A stretch of DNA of 64,000 nucleotides from NCBI GenBank assembly GCA_964567785.1, contig CAZMOK010000009.1:224-64223 (forward strand). The letters are read 5' to 3'. This stretch comes from an uncultured Bacteroidales bacterium. Lineage in GTDB: Bacteria > Bacteroidota > Bacteroidia > Bacteroidales > JAGOPY01. Below, in pieces: positions 62,185-64,000 of this stretch (position 1 is the stretch's first letter; every line of letters starts with the position of its first letter). Below the pieces are notes generated by a model that ran no database searches, had not been told where the DNA came from, and was given only the letters and a program-made list of their open reading frames with translations. The translations under genes and the position numbers were made by a program.

Positions 62185-63516
62185 ATGAGGTTTAAATCTA
62201 TTAGTGTATTTGCAGGTATTTTCATCTTTTTCTTTTCAGGATTAGCAACACAAGCACAACTCGGTATTGACGCCGAGCTCAGGCCAAGGGCAGAAGCATG
62301 GCGGGGATACAGGGTGCTCCCGGCTGATACCCTAAAAGATCCATTATTCTACATCAGCCAGAGAACAAGGTTAAGTTTTGATTTCAATTCCGATTTACTG
62401 GATATTAAGGTTACTGCCCAGGATGTGAGGATCTGGGGAAGCGACAATATATATTCCAGCACAGGTGCATTTGGAAGAACGGCCGGTTTGGACCTATATG
62501 AAGGTTGGGCTGCAATAAGGCCTTTTAACAACTTTGAAGTTAAAATAGGCCGCCAGGAGATGAAGTATGATGACGGCCGGCTGTTGTGGAATCGAAATTG
62601 GAACCAGTATGGATTAACCTACGATATGTTTCTTCTTGCTTATGAAAAGAACGACTGGAAAATCCACGGTGCTTTTTCATGGTATAACAACCTGTACTCA
62701 CGTTTCGGCCTCGGGGTTTATCCCGATAAGATCAGGTCGTTCAGTATGCTCTGGCTCAGCAAGGAATTTGGCTCATCCACCCGGGTTACGGCGATTTCAC
62801 TTCTCTCGGGCGCCGGTTCTCCTGATGCCAATGAGGTTATTTATCTAAAATCGACCACAGGTGTGAATATTTTTGTTGATGCCTCAGGGTTCAATGCCCA
62901 CCTGGCAGGTTATTACCAGGCAGGTAAGCACAAGGATGGCAGGGATGTATCAGCATATGCATTAATAGGAAAGTTAGGATATAAGAAAAATTGGTTTGGT
63001 GTTTCAGGCGGTATCAATTACCTGTCGGGCCAGAACTTTGAAAAGAACGATCCGGCAGAATCAAATAAATACCAGCTCTTTGATGTCTTATACGGTGCAA
63101 GGCACAAGTTCTACGGATACATGGATTATTTTGTAAATATTGAATCAAGTACGATGGGCGGAGGACTTAATGATCTCTTCATCAGCTTCAAGCCCACGTT
63201 CGCAGAGAAGCATTCCATAGAGCTCGCAGCTCATTATTTTATGCTTGCCGGCAAGATTCCTGATCCTTATGTTAATACACCGGACGCATACCTGGAATCA
63301 TACCTGGGAACTGAGATAGACCTTGTTTACAATTACAACCCTTTCAAATTCATGAATCTCCAGGTTGGTTTTGGCTGGATGTCGCAGGGAGAGTCACTTG
63401 AGAAGATCCAGTCTGTTTATGGTACGGAGGTTCTGGAACCATGGTTCAGCTATGTGCAGTTAACTGTTAAACCTTCACTTTTCAAGACTGATAAAGAGAT
63501 TGTTCTGAGACCATAA
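62185..63516 (+). CDS. outer-membrane beta-barrel (alginate-export/porin-like)
   Basis: It has a signal peptide ending ATQAQ. The early block LRPR.E...GY, alternating beta-strand pattern and aromatic-rich C-terminal strands fit a beta-barrel. Confidence 0.5.
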   Translation: MRFKSISVFAGIFIFFFSGLATQAQLGIDAELRPRAEAWRGYRVLPADTLKDPLFYISQRTRLSFDFNSDLLDIKVTAQDVRIWGSDNIYSSTGAFGRTAGLDLYEGWAAIRPFNNFEVKIGRQEMKYDDGRLLWNRNWNQYGLTYDMFLLAYEKNDWKIHGAFSWYNNLYSRFGLGVYPDKIRSFSMLWLSKEFGSSTRVTAISLLSGAGSPDANEVIYLKSTTGVNIFVDASGFNAHLAGYYQAGKHKDGRDVSAYALIGKLGYKKNWFGVSGGINYLSGQNFEKNDPAESNKYQLFDVLYGARHKFYGYMDYFVNIESSTMGGGLNDLFISFKPTFAEKHSIELAAHYFMLAGKIPDPYVNTPDAYLESYLGTEIDLVYNYNPFKFMNLQVGFGWMSQGESLEKIQSVYGTEVLEPWFSYVQLTVKPSLFKTDKEIVLRP

Positions 63517-63594
63517 AACACACCAGGGCTATAAGTACTTTTCCTTCATTTTATGCAGTACAGCTTGCAATGCCGGTTTGTTACTGTGATGGGC

Positions 63595-64000
63595 TCAGAA
63601 TATAAAATCAGTTGAAAGGAAGTTAGAGTGGTCTTCCTTCAAGACTCCGTTCACTATAGAGATGTTTTCCTTGTTTTCTTTTAGGGCAACAAGTGTCCTT
63701 ATAGAGAATACCCTCAGGGCATCAGAAACCGACAATGTTCCTTCGGCCGAATCTTTCCTGCCTGTGAATGGGAAGATGTCGGGCCCCCGCTGGCACTGGC
63801 TGTTTAGGTTGACGCGGCAAACCTGGTTGACGAGTGGGTCTATCAGCCGCCCTACCTTTTCCGTGTCTTTACCAAAAATACTCACCTGCTGGCCATAATT
63901 CGAGTTTATAATATATTGCATAGGCTCTTCAATATCTTTAAAGGTGAGAACAGGCACAACAGGTCCGAATTGCTCTTCGTGGTAGATACTCATTTTATCA
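63595..64000 (-). CDS. aldehyde dehydrogenase family, C-terminal part (GapN-like), truncated by the window edge
   Basis: [13 protein letters not shown]...[14 protein letters not shown] is the ALDH C-terminal consensus. The frame is open to the right edge. Confidence 0.8.
   Translation of the reverse strand, partial: DKMSIYHEEQFGPVVPVLTFKDIEEPMQYIINSNYGQQVSIFGKDTEKVGRLIDPLVNQVCRVNLNSQCQRGPDIFPFTGRKDSAEGTLSVSDALRVFSIRTLVALKENKENISIVNGVLKEDHSNFLSTDFIF

Noticed and set aside
1-64000. Search for mobile elements, prophage, defence islands, CRISPR and rRNA
   Set aside because: No integrase, transposase, recombinase, phage structural, restriction-modification, Cas or toxin-antitoxin signatures were recognised in any listed ORF. 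Gene content is core metabolism and envelope. The only mobile-like signal is the small inverted-repeat-bounded segment at 51835-51996, reported as a finding.

Overview
This 64-kb window looks like chromosomal DNA from a Bacteroidota organism. Supporting signs are a T9SS type-B sorting-domain protein, the DUF1573-yajC-ybbR-coaE gene order, TAnnTTTG-type -7 boxes and a LysM/guaA neighbourhood. It is densely coding and almost entirely core or housekeeping. Recognisable genes include rny, def, ruvX, dapD, coaE, yajC, clpB, ychF, rpsA, rnz, lplA, a CCA-type nucleotidyltransferase, miaA, an EF-G paralog, dgkA, guaA and gdhA. There are also two tandem alanine/glycine:cation symporters, an RCK potassium channel, one tRNA-Gly(CCC), a seven-gene divergent carotenoid cluster and several envelope proteins. 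I saw no rRNA, CRISPR array, transposase, integrase, phage genes or recognisable defence system, so I cannot point to a clear novel multi-gene system. The least explained signals are non-coding. (1) Many intergenic spacers are built from in-phase, drifting heptanucleotide units (one case has 9-nt units). (2) An ~84-nt element sits directly after the stop codons of two unrelated genes, 64/70 identical over its first 70 nt. (3) A near-palindromic GAGACG-N-CGTCTC motif occurs three times, two copies bracketing a 150-bp AT-rich segment. Coding-level oddities are listed below:
- A translationally coupled pair of a sensor-like nucleotidyltransferase and a metallophosphoesterase, downstream of an M23 peptidase.
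- A stand-alone lipoprotein resembling an internal segment of SprA.
- Ribosomal protein S1 with long E/K-rich tails at both ends.
- An overlapping DUF1338(HglS-like)/YdiJ-like pair.
All functional calls come from motif recognition by eye on the supplied translations. No database search was run.
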